A stretch of 64,000 bases of DNA, from the NCBI GenBank assembly GCA_965240325.2, contig OZ251243.1:1054001-1118000 (forward strand), in the 5' to 3' direction. Made by a program: the position numbers and the translations under genes. Source of the DNA: Rebecca billardiae RCC1528 (lineage: Eukaryota > Protista > Haptophyta). The notes beneath the pieces are model-generated. The model was not told where the DNA came from. It saw only the letters and a program-made list of their open reading frames with translations, and ran no database searches. Shown piece by piece: positions 44,138 through 55,400 of the stretch (the stretch's first letter is position 1; the number at the start of each line of letters is the position of its first letter).

Positions 44138-44916
44138 GCTCGACGTTTCATCTCTCTGCGGATGGCATCACGGGCTTGTCTGTGTCGCGCTGCGGCGAGG
44201 GTCGCCAACTCGCGATGACGCGGTTGCTGCCACGGCGACAGACCCGGGAGGTGCGTCCGCTGCGCGTCGTACGCCGTTGGCGCTGCGCTTCCGTCGCATT
44301 GGTCACCGTCGACGCCATGCAGGCCGGACGTGGGCTTACGGCTGAGGGACCGGACCGCGAGCAATGACTGAGTCCGGTGCGCGGATCCCGGCGATCGAGT
44401 TCAGAAGGCCGCGCCAAATCTTGCGTCGCGTGCGATGGCGCTTCCCGCCCGCGAGACGCCTCGTGATGAGGGCTTTCTCGCACCGAGCCCGACGCGCGAC
44501 GGTGGATCACGCGAGGCGGTCATCGTGCGCAGCGCATGATGTTATGGCCGGTGCGAGCTTTCGACGTGCACGTCGGGCGAGGATCGCCCCAGGTCGCACG
44601 ATCGTGTCGACGCGCCGAGCGTACCGCTCCAAACGTGTCGATTTAGCCCCCGTTCGACCTGCACACGAGACGACGAGGGCAGCAATCGCGAATCGGGCGA
44701 AAACCCCCCTCGGGAGTCCTCTCGCGATGTCCGCGCCGGCGTTGGATTTGGCGCGCGCCGCCCATGCGCTCCGCGCCATCCGTCTGTTGTTTTCGGCCGA
44801 GCGTCCCCAGTGGGAGCTGTGAGGGCGCCCGGTAGTGAGCGAAGCGATTTTCTTTTCTTGGCGAGGCGATTTTATTTTATTTTATTTTTCTTATCTTTTT
44901 CCCGGGCACCACAAGG

Positions 44917-45096
44917 GGCGGACCTCCACCCGTCCCAGAAAGCCTCTGAACCCGTCTTCGGCTCAGCGGGCTCAAAAACTTCGCAGCGAGGTTTTTGAGC
45001 TCAGTGTCTATGAAATGGACTGGCAACGGATAGCTGCGGGTATTTTTCAATACCAGGGGCCTTGATGTAGGGGGCTGGGACGGGTGGCGGCCCGCC
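44917..45096 (+). ncRNA. Candidate structured RNA or small hairpin-rich element (unassigned)
   Basis: 22-bp closing inverted repeat (2 mismatches), inner helix aaagcctctg/caggggcctt, hairpins gggctcaaaaacttcg..cgaggtttttgagctc, gtctat-gaa-atggac and ggtatt-tttc-aatacc. Confidence 0.4.
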
Positions 45097-45385
45097 ATAC
45101 TACTGCTGCTACTCAGACTATACTACTATACTACGACGGCGGGCACGGCGGAGTCGGCGGACTGCATCCGTGCGCAGTAATACTGAAGTGAGAGTCCATA
45201 TGCACCCAATTATAAGTAATAACGGCTCAGTGCCTACTCGGCGGCGCTCGATGAATCCGGGCCAGCGCCCAGCGGGCATTGTATCCGGTACGATCCTGCT
45301 TCGTAGCGGAGGGACGGAGACGGCGGTCATCCGGCGTACCGCGATTGCGCGGCATGGCGTACTCGCCACCGGTGGCGTGGGCGCA

Positions 45386-46806
45386 ATGGCACTACTCGCG
45401 CTGGCCGCGCGCGCGTGGCCGGCCACCACGCCGGAGTCGGATGCGCCCAGCACGCCGGCAGTGATGAGCATGGCTCCTCCGACTCGGGGCGTCGTCCCGG
45501 CGCGTGATGCCCAAACGCCGTCGTCATCGTCATCGCCGTCGTCGAAAGAGCCGGCGGCCAGGTCGTCACCCACGAGCCGGACCGCGCATATCGCCGCGGT
45601 GCGCGACCCCAGGCGCGGCAAGAGCAGCACGAGGCCGGGCGACATGACGACGCCACCAAAGGCGCCCGTTGATCGGACGCGGTGCGACACGTGCGACACG
45701 GCAGACCGCCCTCCGCCGTGGTGCAAGCAGGAGCTGTGCGTGCGCGACCCGCGCGCGTGCAGCGTGACGCACGGCGACAGCAGCGCGCTCAGGGCGCACA
45801 TCGCGTGGCTCGGCACGCTCGACGCGCCGAGCGTCGAGCGCATCATGTCTGCGCCGGTCGCGCCGGACGCACGCGTGATGGTCCTCCCGAGCGCGACGCG
45901 CGACGGCTTCTGGGCGCACGTGCTGTCCGTTCTCAACGGCGCTCTGCTGGCCAGGTCGCTCGGGCTCGACTACGTGATCTGGCGCAACGGCACGCGCGAC
46001 ACGTACTGCGATCTCTCCGCGTCGACCGAGTGCTGGAGCACCTTCTTCGCCCCGCGCCCGATCGGCGCGGATCGGCCGCGCGCGCGCGCGGTCGCACGCC
46101 GGCTTGCGCACGCGCTGCCGCTCGCGCCCGGCAGTGCGGCCGGGTCGAGCTGCGCCGCGCGCGCCGCGCTGTGGCGGCAGCTCAACCACATCTACCCGAG
46201 CACGGCGGCGGAGGCGGCGGCGGAGCGCGCGCGCAAGGCCTTCCTCGTGCGCCACCTCGCCTGGCCATCGCCGCGCATCGCCTCCTTTGCCGAGTCCTGG
46301 TGGACGCGCCACGTGCGCCCGCTCGGGCCGGGAGCCAAAGTGCTCGGAGTGCACGTGCGCGGCACGGACAAGTGGGTGAAGAAGATGGTGAACGTGAGCT
46401 GCTACTACGGCCTGATCGAGGCGTACGTGGCGCACCACGCGCCGCGCGCGGCGGTGCGCATCTTCCTCGCCACCGACGACGCGCGCTTCGCCGACGCCTC
46501 GTCGGGCGGTACGGCGCCGAGCGCGTGCTGCAGCAGTCGGGCGACGTGCTCCGGGGCTCGAGGGAGCGGCCGGTGTGGACGCAGGCCGACGCGAGCGCGA
46601 ACTGGCGGCGGGGGTTCGAGGTGCTCGCCGACACGCTCCTCCTGAGCAGGTGCGACTTTGTGCTCAAGTCGATGTCGGCAGTCGCCGAGTTTGCCCACTA
46701 CTACGCGCCCGGGCTGCAGTCGTACGACCTGCAGATGGCCGACCCGGACCAGCCGCGGCCGCCTTGGGCCGGCGCGGCGGGGGGCGGCGCCGACCGCTAT
46801 TGCTAG
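45386..46806 (+). CDS. NodZ/FUT8-like (GT-B) fucosyltransferase; one frameshift near 46498
   Basis: GFWAHVLSVL, VLGVHVRGTDK, IFLATDD in frame 1, continuing in another frame with GFEVLADTLLLSRCDFVLKSMSAVAEFAHYY. Start uncertain (45251 or 45386). Confidence 0.8.
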
Positions 46807-46995
46807 AGGTGACAGTACTCAGTAGGACCCCGCCGCCCAACGCGGCTCATCGTCGCGCGTTTAGTATATCTACTATCATATTATTAATATTATTAAGGCG
46901 CCGGGCCGCTATCACACCATCATGATGCCGCGCGTGAGCGTGCGCGGTCGGAGCAGCCATCGAGCCTCATCGGCGTCATCAAATAAGTCTGACGA

Positions 46996-47787
46996 TCAGG
47001 TGTCTGCCACTTTCGTGATTCGCCGCCTGTGCTGAGCAGACTGCATCGTTTCGCTGATGATGCGCGGATGTTCGGTGGCGGGCGCATCGAGCGCCCGGCA
47101 GATGGCGCCCTGCAGCGCGATGACGTCGCCAATCGTGGGCGCGTTGAGCCAGATGCGCCCGTTGCAGCCAACCGCCACCTCGAACGGCACGTGCTCGCCG
47201 AGGCTGGCCAGCAGCTCGGCGCCCGGCGCGCCGTCTGCAATCAGCGAGCGGCAGTCGCTCAGCCCGCGCGTGAAGACGGTGCCGCCCTTGAGCTCGCCGA
47301 AGAGCGACTGCCCCGTCATCCAGTCCTTCGGGACCACACCCGGCGGCGCGGCGCAGCTCAGCTCGGGCTCCATGTCCTTGTGCGCGAGGACAACGCGCGC
47401 GTACACAAGAGCTCCAATCTGAAGGTTTGGCCGGTTCTTGCGCGTGGCGCCGTCGAAGGCGAGCACAGGGAGCGAGGCCGTGGACGCGCCGCCGAGGTCG
47501 ATCCGGTACTCCTCGGACTGCTTGTCCGACACGAGGCCGACCACGTGGTCGTCGAGTACGGGCACGTACCGTTTCTGCTCGGCGTCAACCCACAGCCGTG
47601 CACGCTCGCGCTCGAAGCGCACGATGCCCGCCTTCGAGGCGAAGACGGCGCCGCCGCCCTCGCGGAGCACGCCCACCCCGAGGACTACGACGGCGGGGGC
47701 CTCCGGCCCGAACGTGATGCGATCGCCTGGGAACACCGCCTCACCCTCCTGCACGACCGGCTTCCCCTCGGCAGCAGCCGCAGCCAT
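46996..47787 (-). CDS. RRP40: Exosome complex component RRP40 (EXOSC3)
   Basis: VFPGD, KRYVPVLDDHVVG, LPVLAFDGATRKNRPNLQIGALVYARV..KDMEPELSC, FGELKGG, FEVAVGCNGRIW. Confidence 0.96.
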   Translation of the reverse strand: MAAAAAEGKPVVQEGEAVFPGDRITFGPEAPAVVVLGVGVLREGGGAVFASKAGIVRFERERARLWVDAEQKRYVPVLDDHVVGLVSDKQSEEYRIDLGGASTASLPVLAFDGATRKNRPNLQIGALVYARVVLAHKDMEPELSCAAPPGVVPKDWMTGQSLFGELKGGTVFTRGLSDCRSLIADGAPGAELLASLGEHVPFEVAVGCNGRIWLNAPTIGDVIALQGAICRALDAPATEHPRIISETMQSAQHRRRITKVADT

Positions 47788-47919
47788 CGTGCGACACGAG
47801 GCCAAAGCGGGCGGCGTGAAAATCGCGCTTCCTTTTTTTCACTCGAATCTCGCCTGCCTGAGCTGTGTGCGTCTCTTATTCTTAGTAAACTGTAGTCTTG
47901 CCAGCGCGCTTTTGAAATA

Positions 47920-48894
47920 ATGGCGGGCGCGGTGCAACCGGACCGGGACCGTGCGGCTTGGACCGACGAATCTGAGATGTTGCGGCAGCGAATCGGGGAC
48001 GACGAGTGGGACAGCCCGGCCGGGGCGCATCTCATGGTTGCTGCAGCGTTCGCATCGGTCGAGCGGGCCGCCGCGGTGCGCTCCGCCGCGGTGGCGCCGC
48101 GCATCGCCCTGTGCGTGCCGGAGCAGTGGCAGCGCCTCTTCTTCAAGCCGGCCGCGCTGCGCAAACGCGACGACGACGAGCTCTCCTTCTACTCTGCGTC
48201 GGACGATGACTCGGCCGAGATCTCGGGCGCGGCGGCGGATGTGGCCGTGCTCGACGTGAGCGCGGCGGACGACGCGGCGGACGCGACGTCGCCCCTGGCG
48301 GACGACGGCGCTCACGAGAAGCCACTCCAGCCCCCCGCCGCCGCGCCGACCGCCGCGCCGCGCGCCGAGCCGTGGAAGCTTGCGTTCGAGGGCTCGTGGA
48401 GGCTCGAGGGCCATCGGCCGGATTACGACGATTGGCTGGCGCTCAAAGGGATCAACAGCTTCAAGCGCAAAGTGGCGGCGTCGCTGCCCGCGACGAAGCA
48501 GTTCGTGATGAGCGAGTGCGGCCGGCACGTCGTCCACGTGTACACGCTCATCTCGATGGTCGAGCTCACGCAGCGCTGGGACATGGCGGACGCGGACGCG
48601 TGGCGCGAGGAGTGCGAGGCCGGCCTGCGCTGTATGATCTCGTCGTCGTGGGGCGACGGGTGCCTGGTGATCAAGAAGCGGTTCGAAGAGCTCGGACTCC
48701 TCGAGGTCGTCGTGAACACGCTCTCCGACGACGGCCAGCGCCTCATCGCCAACATGACCACCACGGTCGTGAGCACGGGCGAAGCGCGCTCGACGAGTGA
48801 CACGTTCGCCAGGATCGGCCCGGGTGCGCACGGGCACGAGGCGGGAGCGGGCACCGCGGCGCACAAGGTACGGCCTGCGCCGGCGGCGGAGTGA
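47920..48894 (+). CDS. Protein with C-terminal FABP/iLBP-like (calycin) lipid-binding domain
   Basis: FEGSWRL..DYDDWLALKGINSFKRKVAASL..CMISSSWGDGCLVIK..NTLSDDGQRLIANM..STSDTFAR matches the FABP pattern (F.G.W.L..nfd.yl.alGv....Rk.a). Confidence 0.65.
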   Translation: MAGAVQPDRDRAAWTDESEMLRQRIGDDEWDSPAGAHLMVAAAFASVERAAAVRSAAVAPRIALCVPEQWQRLFFKPAALRKRDDDELSFYSASDDDSAEISGAAADVAVLDVSAADDAADATSPLADDGAHEKPLQPPAAAPTAAPRAEPWKLAFEGSWRLEGHRPDYDDWLALKGINSFKRKVAASLPATKQFVMSECGRHVVHVYTLISMVELTQRWDMADADAWREECEAGLRCMISSSWGDGCLVIKKRFEELGLLEVVVNTLSDDGQRLIANMTTTVVSTGEARSTSDTFARIGPGAHGHEAGAGTAAHKVRPAPAAE

Positions 48895-49199
48895 AGCCGC
48901 GCGCCGCCGAGGAGTATGCACGCCGCCTGGCCGAGCGTGCCACGGCCACTGCCGGCGCGAACGCCGGACTGTGTCGGGCGCGGGCGCGGCAACGTGGCCG
49001 TGCCGTCCCGGCTGAGCTACTCGCCGATCCCGTCAGGCGGCACTGCGGGACCGGCGGGCCGCAGGTCACGGAGACATCAGGCCTTCAGGGAGCATGTGTG
49101 TGACGTCGGGCAGCAACTGGGTCGTCGTCTGACTGGGCGTGGGTCGCCCTGACGTCCGATCGGCGACTGTAAGTGTAGAGTCGCCGGTGGGGCCGTGGG

Positions 49200-50031
49200 C
49201 CACTGGCCCGTTTTATTTCTACGAGAGCCCAAAGGCCACATTCGCCGAAAAGCCAGAAAAGCGGTATAAATGGCGCGGCTTGCCCGCTGGTGGTGGGTAT
49301 CGGCGCGATTGCGGAGTAGTGACGGCACGTCGTTGGCGCATGTTCGTGCTAGGGCGCTGAGCTGTACTGAAAGATGATGCCAAGGTTTGCTGCTAAGCCT
49401 TGCCATGATGCTTCGCCATGACACAGAGCCAGAGGTCACTCGCAGGGCACGGCGGTGAGACGATCACCGCGCCGCGGCGCCCAAACCGCAGTTGCGGGCG
49501 CGCTGCAAGCTGCAAGCACTCTGCCTTGGCTGCGTCGCGCCCGTGTCAGTTGGTGAACCAGGATTGTTGAACGATAGATGAGCTGCAAACGATACCAGCT
49601 CTACTCGCTCCGCCGCCACTTCCTTGTCGAGCGTGAGATGTTTCCGTTGCGTGCGCTCGCATGCAGCTTGCCGCCTGCATTTGAACGTGGTCACGGCAGG
49701 TTGGTGGGCCGGGTGTTCAGGCCTCCTCGGCGTAGATGACGACAAGGTGCGTGCCGCGCGCACCCTTGTCGCGCGGAAAGGCGTGCACACGCGTCCTCGC
49801 GCATCTTTCAGGCTGCAGTCTTGGCCAAGATGATGAGAACAAGCCTGCCAGTGCCGCGCAGGCGCGAGCGCGCGGAGAGTTCTGGGATCCGACCCATGGT
49901 GTTGGGTGTACCTCGTGTGCGACAACGACGAGGCGGACGAGCGCCGCAACTGGATTCGTGCACTCACCGGTCACCGAGGAGTGCACGAATCGCATTCCTT
50001 GCGCATGTGGGGGCCGCGTGATCGGCCGTGA
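49200..50031 (+). pseudogene. Possible degenerate PH-domain gene
   Basis: Fragments FYFYESPK, RRWRMFVL and VYLVCDNDEADERRNWIRALT (PH-like terminal helix) interrupted by stops and frame changes; intron-like 49747-49810. Confidence 0.3.
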
Positions 50032-50910
50032 GACTGAGAGCTACACCCAACGGGGCGTGACACCGATTCCCACTGCCACTGGCGAGCACGGGTTTGTCGC
50101 CGTGACATCATGGTAAATGGAATCTGGTATAGAAATAAAACAGGCCTACTATATATTATCGTAATATTATATTATATTATTATTATATATTATTTATAAT
50201 TATTCATCATTAATATTAATCGTGATGACAGACTGAGACTCGACACTCGTACCGTCTGTGATGAGACTCTGTCAGTCTGTGAACACAGAAAACTTATACG
50301 CGTCTATGATACCTACGAGTACGAGTGCCGCGGGACCGGCGGCGGCGGTCGCGCTGCCGCCTACTGCGCCGACGACATATTATAAGTATACGTATTCCTA
50401 CGACGACGACGCGACACTGGATTCCTTGATTTAATTTTACGTCGTATTATATATTTTATAATTATTGTCATACACTCATAGCAGACGACTGACAGTATTA
50501 CGACGACTCTCCCTCTCTCTCTATAGCTAATAATATATATATATACATCATTATTATTATATAACTAGTAAGCGATGACGGCGTGCTGCCGTGCAGCACC
50601 GGCCGCGGCGGCTGCCGGCTGGCGGAGCCTCGCGCGCGCCGCGGCTCGCCACCGACTCGCGGCCCCGATCAGATCGACCGATCACCGCCGCCGCGGGCGC
50701 GGTCCGCCTGCGGCCCGCGCCGGACACACGCAACCGAGCCGCCTGTCAGTGCGCCGTGCGTCGCCCTGGCTGGGCTGAGCAGCGGCGCAGTGGACCGAAT
50801 ACCCGGGTCCGACCGACATCCGTGGGCCGTGGGGCCGTGACCCGTGCTCGGGCCGGTCGGGGGCCGCGTCGCGCGCCCGTGGGCACCCTGCTCGGGAGGC
50901 GGCACCGCGC

Positions 50911-52202
50911 TCAGTACACGACCGCCAGCTCGGTGCGCACCTGCCAGCGCAGGTCCGCGCGCGCCTTGCTCGTCGGCGGCACGTACGTGTTGGGCACGCG
51001 CGGCCGCGAGAACTTGGTCTGGTGCGGCACGTGGTCGCGCCGCAGCCGCTCGCGCGTCTCCCAGACCACTCGGTCGCGCCGCTTCTCTGTCGGGACCTGG
51101 TACTGCGCGGCGCGGGCGACGCGGTCGTGGTGCACGCGGTAGCTCTCGGTGGTCGCGTGCGTCGTCGTGATCGGCGCGTGCCGCGGCGTCGTCGACTGCC
51201 GGCTGCGCAGGAAGGCGTTGTTGCTCCTGCGCGCGCGCGCCCAGAGCAGGGCGGGTTTGGAGGCGCGCGGTGCGGGGCGGCCGCGTGATGGACGATTGCG
51301 AGTAGGGGCGGGTTCGAGCTTGGCGGGCCCGGGCCCACGTGGTGCTCATACTGCGCGGGCGCGTGCTCCCCGTGCGCTCTCGGAGGCTAGGGCCGAGCCC
51401 AGTAGAATCCGGGTGCGTCCCTGGGTTGCGCGTGCGCTGAAGGCGCACAGGGCATGGCGGCACACGCGCGCGGCGCGCGGGATGCGCGCACCACTCGCGC
51501 ATCTGCTGCTGGCGCATGCTGACCGGGTCGGACTTGACGCGGCCGGGGGTCGACTTCTGAGGCGCGATGAAGCCCATCGTCGAGCCCGAAGGCGCGAGCC
51601 GGCTCGCGCTCGGCGGCGTGCGCGGAGCTGAGCGCGCGCTGCGCGCCGTGCCGGGGCGCGGCGCCGAGCTCGGCGCGGCTGGTGAGGAGGCCGGCGGGCG
51701 GCCGTCGGAGTGGACGCCCCGGGCAGAGCGCAGGGGGACTTCGGATGCCGTCGCCGGGCGCGCGCGCGCGGTCTGAGGCCGGTCGGGCGTGCGCCTGGGC
51801 GTGTGCGGCTTGCGTGCCCTGCCGCCCCGATGCGCAGCGCGGCGCGCAATGGATTGACACCGCGCGGCGTGAGCGCGCGCGCGCGCGGCGTGCGCGTGAG
51901 GCGACGCGCGGCGCATGCGCGCACCTGCCAGACAAATGCGCCTCGTCCAGCCCACCCGCGTAGTCACCCGGCCGGGCGGACGCGCCTGCGGGCACGTGCG
52001 GCACAAAGTCAACGCCGACCGCGGTCGGGAATGCGAGCGGCTCGGCGCCGCCGGTCTGGGGTGGGCCCTCGGCGGCGATGGTGAGGTCGGAGAGGATCGC
52101 GCGGAGCACATCGTCTGAGAAGGACGAGGCGTCGTACCCCAGCTCGCTCTGCAGCTGCTGGCGCACGCGCTCGATGTCGACGTCGTCGTCCTCCGCGCTC
52201 AT
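50911..52202 (-). CDS. HYLS1: HYLS1-like centriole/basal-body protein, 3 exons
   Basis: Exons 52202-51925, 51818-51492, 51226-50911 give KSDPVSMRQQQMREWSNNAFL..YQVPTEKRRDRVVWETRERL..PNTYVPPTSKARADLRWQVRTELA (HYLS1 C-terminal pattern); N-terminal VRQQLQSELGY. Confidence 0.85.
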
Positions 52203-52413
52203 CGCGGTGCTTGTCGCTTGAACTGCCCCCCTCGCGCCCTTTTCGCAAGGGGCGGCCGCCGTCCGTTGCAAGGCCTTGCTGACGAGTCCGGGCGCGGAGG
52301 CCGGACACGGTGCGCATTTTTGCGCAGAGCGCCGCACAGGACCAACGGCCTTCGTGACGCGGGCACAGCGCCATCGCAGGGCGAGCGCGGGTCGCGGCCG
52401 CGCCATCGGCGTG

Positions 52414-55400
52414 ATGGTGGGCGACGGGCCGTGGCGCCTCGGCGAGGTGGACGCGCCGCTGGCGAGCCAGATCGAGGCCACCGCCGACGCCGACGGCTGC
52501 CTGCTCGTCGACGAGCGGCCGGGCGCGCGCCGGCAGATGCTCGTGTACGCGCGCGGCTCGGACGTGCGGCCGACCGCGCGGCTCGCGGACGCGCACGGGC
52601 ACCACATTGGCGTGCTGGTGAAGGCGGGGCACGTGCACGCCCGCCTGCTCTCCATCTCGCCGCGCAGCGCGCGCGTCCGCCTCTGCCTGCACCGCAGCTT
52701 CTTCTACGAGCACACGCCGGCCACGGAGCACATCTCTCTCGCGTGGCTGCTGCGCGCGCTCCGGCCCGCGCTGCGGCCCGCGGTGGACTGCGCGGTGGCG
52801 GACGGCGTGTCCACCGCGCTCTCGAGCGTGTACGCCGTCCCGCCCGCCGACGAGCCGCCGCGCGCCACCGACGCACCCGCCGCCGCGGCCGACGCGCCCG
52901 GTGGCGGCGCGGCGAGCTGCCTGAGCGCCGCCGAGCGTGAGCGGAGTCATCGCAACCGGCAGCGCGCGCAGGCGCAGCGCAGCGCGCGGCAGGCGAAGGA
53001 GCGCGCGGAGCAGAAGGCGCGCGCCGAGGCGCAGCACCGCGCGTGGCTCGACGAGCGCAGGCGGCTGCTCATCGAGCGCCACGGCCACAGCATGGAGGCG
53101 CACCTGCGGCTGCAGCAGCTCACGCGCGCCGCCGGCGCTGGCGTCGGCGTCGGCGGTGGCGGTGGCGGTGGCGGTGTGCACGGAGGCGTCGGCGGCGGTG
53201 GCGGCGGGCCGTCGGGCTCGTGGCCTTCGGCGCGCGAGCCCGCGGCCGCCGCCGCCGCCGCCGCCGTCGAGGCGGGCTGGGCGGGCGGCGCGACCGTGGC
53301 TGAGCTCACGGAGAGTTTGTGCGCTGGCGCGCCCGAGGCGGCGGCGGGCCTCCCCGCGACCCTCCCGTCGCCCGCGCTCGCGACGGCGCTGTACCCGTTC
53401 CAGCTGCAGGCGGTGCGCTGGATGCAGGCCCGGGAGGCGCGCGCGGTCGAGCGCGAGGCGCTGCACCCGGACTGGGCGGAGTACGCCCTTCCGCCGGAAG
53501 GCGCGGCCGGCGGCGCGGAGGGCGGCGCGGACGCGGCGCGGCGCGGCGCGCACGGCGCGGCCGGCGGCGACGGCGTCGGCAGCGCCGGCGCGCAGGGCGG
53601 CGCGGCGGCGCCGGGAGCCGCCCTCGCCGAGCCCGCGCCGCCGCCGCTCCTCCGGCTCTACGTCCACGTCGACGCGGGCCTCGTCACGCTGGATCGGCCC
53701 GACGGCGCCTCCGCAAAGTCCGGGGGCATCCTGGCGGACGGACCAGGACTGGGTAAGACGCTCACGGCCATTGCCCTGATTGCAGCCGACCTGTTCCCTC
53801 CGGAGGCGGCGGCGGGCGCGCCGCCCGCGCCGGAGCAGCCGGGCGCGCCGGAGGCGGCCGTGAGTGCGCCGCCCGCGCCGGAGGCGATGCCCGCCGCTGC
53901 TGACGGCGGCGGCTCACCGCCCGCCGCGGCGGACGCGGCGCGCGCGGCGCCATCCGCAGCCGCCCGGTCGATGTCGCCGCCGCGGGCGGCCGCGCCGGCG
54001 GCCCCTACCGCGAGCAGCGCGGCGCCGCCCGCCGACGAGAGCGCCGCGCCCGCGCCACCGCGCTCCGACCCCGCGTGCGATTCGCCGGGCGCAGCGGACG
54101 CGCGGCGACTCGCCTCGCCGCGTCGCGCGCCGCATCCGTCGGACACCGAGCTGCGCACTCCGTGTCACTCGACTCCGGCGCGCGCCGCGCGCAAGGTCGG
54201 GGGATCGGAGGCGGAGCGCTGCCCCCGCGGCGGCAGTGGCGGCGGCGGCGGCAGGGTAGCCGCGTCGACGGCCGGTGCGCGCGCTGCGCCCATCGATCTG
54301 CTGAGCGATGGCGGCGACTCGGCTCCGGTCGAGGTGGCTGCCGCGCCCGCGGCCGACCGACGCCCCGCCGAGTCCGCCGCCGCGGCCGCGGCCGCGCCCG
54401 GCGCATCCGAGCCAGGCGGGACAGCTGGCCCTGCCGCCATGCTACCTGGGCGCTCGCGCGGCGGCGCGCGGCTCGTGGTGGACCTGACTGGCGGCGCGGC
54501 GGGCGCGCCGATGGCGGACGGCCCGCGCAGCTCGCCCGCTGCCTCGCCCGCCTCCGAACCCGAGCGCAGCCCCTGCGCGAGCGGCCGCGCGCGCGACGCG
54601 CCGGCGGCCGTGGCGGAGGCTGCCGCGGCGCCAGCCGCCCACGCCGCGCCCGCGGCCGCCCACGCCGCGGCTGCGCCGGCCGAGGCGGCGGTGCGCGAGA
54701 CTCTGATCGCGATGGGCTTCGAGGCTGGCGCGGTGGCGTGCGCACTGCGCGCGTGCGCCGCCACCGCCGCCGCCCCGGCGCCGCCCACGGTGGAGGCGGC
54801 GGTTACTTGGCTCTGTGAGCATAGCGGCACGGCCGCCGCGTCCAGCATGGCCGCCGGGCCTGTGCCGGGCGGCGCGGACGGCGCCGGCGCGGCAGCTGGG
54901 GGCTCTCTGCGCGCCGCGCCTCGGCGCGCGGAGCTGAGCGGAGGCGGGCGCGGCGGCGGCAAGCGCGCGCGCTCGCCCGAGCGCGGAGGGGCGGGGACTG
55001 CGGCGCGGGGCGGCGGCGGCGGCGCCTCGTCCGCAGCGGCGACGGCCGCGTCGGCGGCGGCCGGCGGCGTCGGCGGCGGCAGTGCCGCCGGCGTCGGCGG
55101 CGGCGGCGGTAGGCGCAACGCCTTCGACGCCTTGCTGCTCGGCGCGCGCGCGGGCCGTGGCGGCGGCGCGAGCGGCGGGCCTGGGGCGGGCCCGAAGCGC
55201 AAGGCGGCGGCGATGCTCGGCTCGCGCGGCGCGGGCGGCGCGCGCGGCGGCGGCGGCAGCGGCAGCGGCGGCGCGGCGGACGCCGGTGGCGCGCGCGCGG
55301 CCGACGCGCCCACGGACGCGGGCGCGGGCGCGCGCGAGCCCAAGCGCGCGCGCGCGCCCGCCGACGCGCCCGCTGCGAGGCCGCCCGCGCGCGATGGGGG

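Noticed and set aside
44939-45065. RNase MRP/P-like P4 motifs (gaaagcctc / ggggcctt)
   Set aside because: The two segments pair as a simple nested helix rather than a pseudoknot, other conserved regions are missing and the unit is short; kept only as an unassigned structured candidate.
15644-52202. Ciliary gene cluster (DRC7, HYLS1)
   Set aside because: Two genes over 30 kb apart among ~23 is compatible with chance in a flagellate.
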